Below are positions 63,769 through 64,000 of a stretch of 64,000 nt of DNA, one piece after another. How positions within the stretch are numbered: the first letter of the stretch is position 1; every line of letters begins with the position of its first letter. Made by a program: the position numbers and the translations under genes. This DNA is from Basidiobolus meristosporus CBS 931.73 (taxonomy: Eukaryota; Fungi; Basidiobolomycota), in NCBI GenBank assembly GCA_002104905.1, contig MCFE01000251.1, positions 49,887 through 113,886 on the forward strand, given 5' to 3'. Below the pieces are notes generated by a model. The model did not search any database. It saw only the letters and a list, made by a program, of their open reading frames with translations, and had not been told where the DNA came from.

Positions 63769-64000
63769 GGTTAGGGTTAGGGTTAGGGTTAGGGTTAGGG
63801 TTAGGGTTAGGGTTAGGGTTAGGGTTAGGGTTAGGGTTAGGGTTAGGGTTAGGGTTAGGGTTAGGGTTAGGGTTAGGGTTAGGGTTAGGGTTAGGGTTAG
63901 GGTTAGGGTTAGGGTTAGGGTTAGGGTTAGGGTTAGGGTTAGGGTTAGGGTTAGGGTTAGGGTTAGGGTTAGGGTTAGGGTTAGGGTTAGGGTTAGGGTT
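63769..64000 (+). repeat. telomere, (TTAGGG)n, about 38 copies to the window end
   Basis: Perfect TTAGGG tandem array with the G-rich strand running 5'->3' toward the end, the correct polarity for a right chromosome end. Confidence 0.99.

Overview
This is the terminal 64 kb of an intron-rich fungal chromosome; the short introns and gene content suggest an early-diverging lineage (inference). From left to right it holds: (1) a decayed Ty3/Gypsy LTR retrotransposon with an extra ORF and its 3' LTR (1-5347); (2) a gene block with PGK, a PWWP/Tudor-like protein, a Zn2Cys6 factor, a LAG1-type ceramide synthase, a bacterial-looking beta-helix protein and a SulP transporter; (3) a gene-poor ~15 kb stretch; (4) a Pcl-type cyclin and a many-exon locus with homeodomain plus PNUTS/Ref2-like motifs; (5) about 38 TTAGGG repeats at the right end. 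The most striking structure is 59.1-63.77 kb, a head-to-tail array of four elements, all pointing away from the telomere. Three are 5'-truncated LINE-type RT copies. The outermost is a ~520 bp tRNA-headed SINE-like element capped directly by the telomere. All four end in the same 3' motif (AATAAAGATTTCAC, a hairpin clear in three of the four, and an oligo-C tail instead of poly-A), and each is joined at a (T/A)TAG site. All analysis was by eye; exon boundaries are manual predictions.
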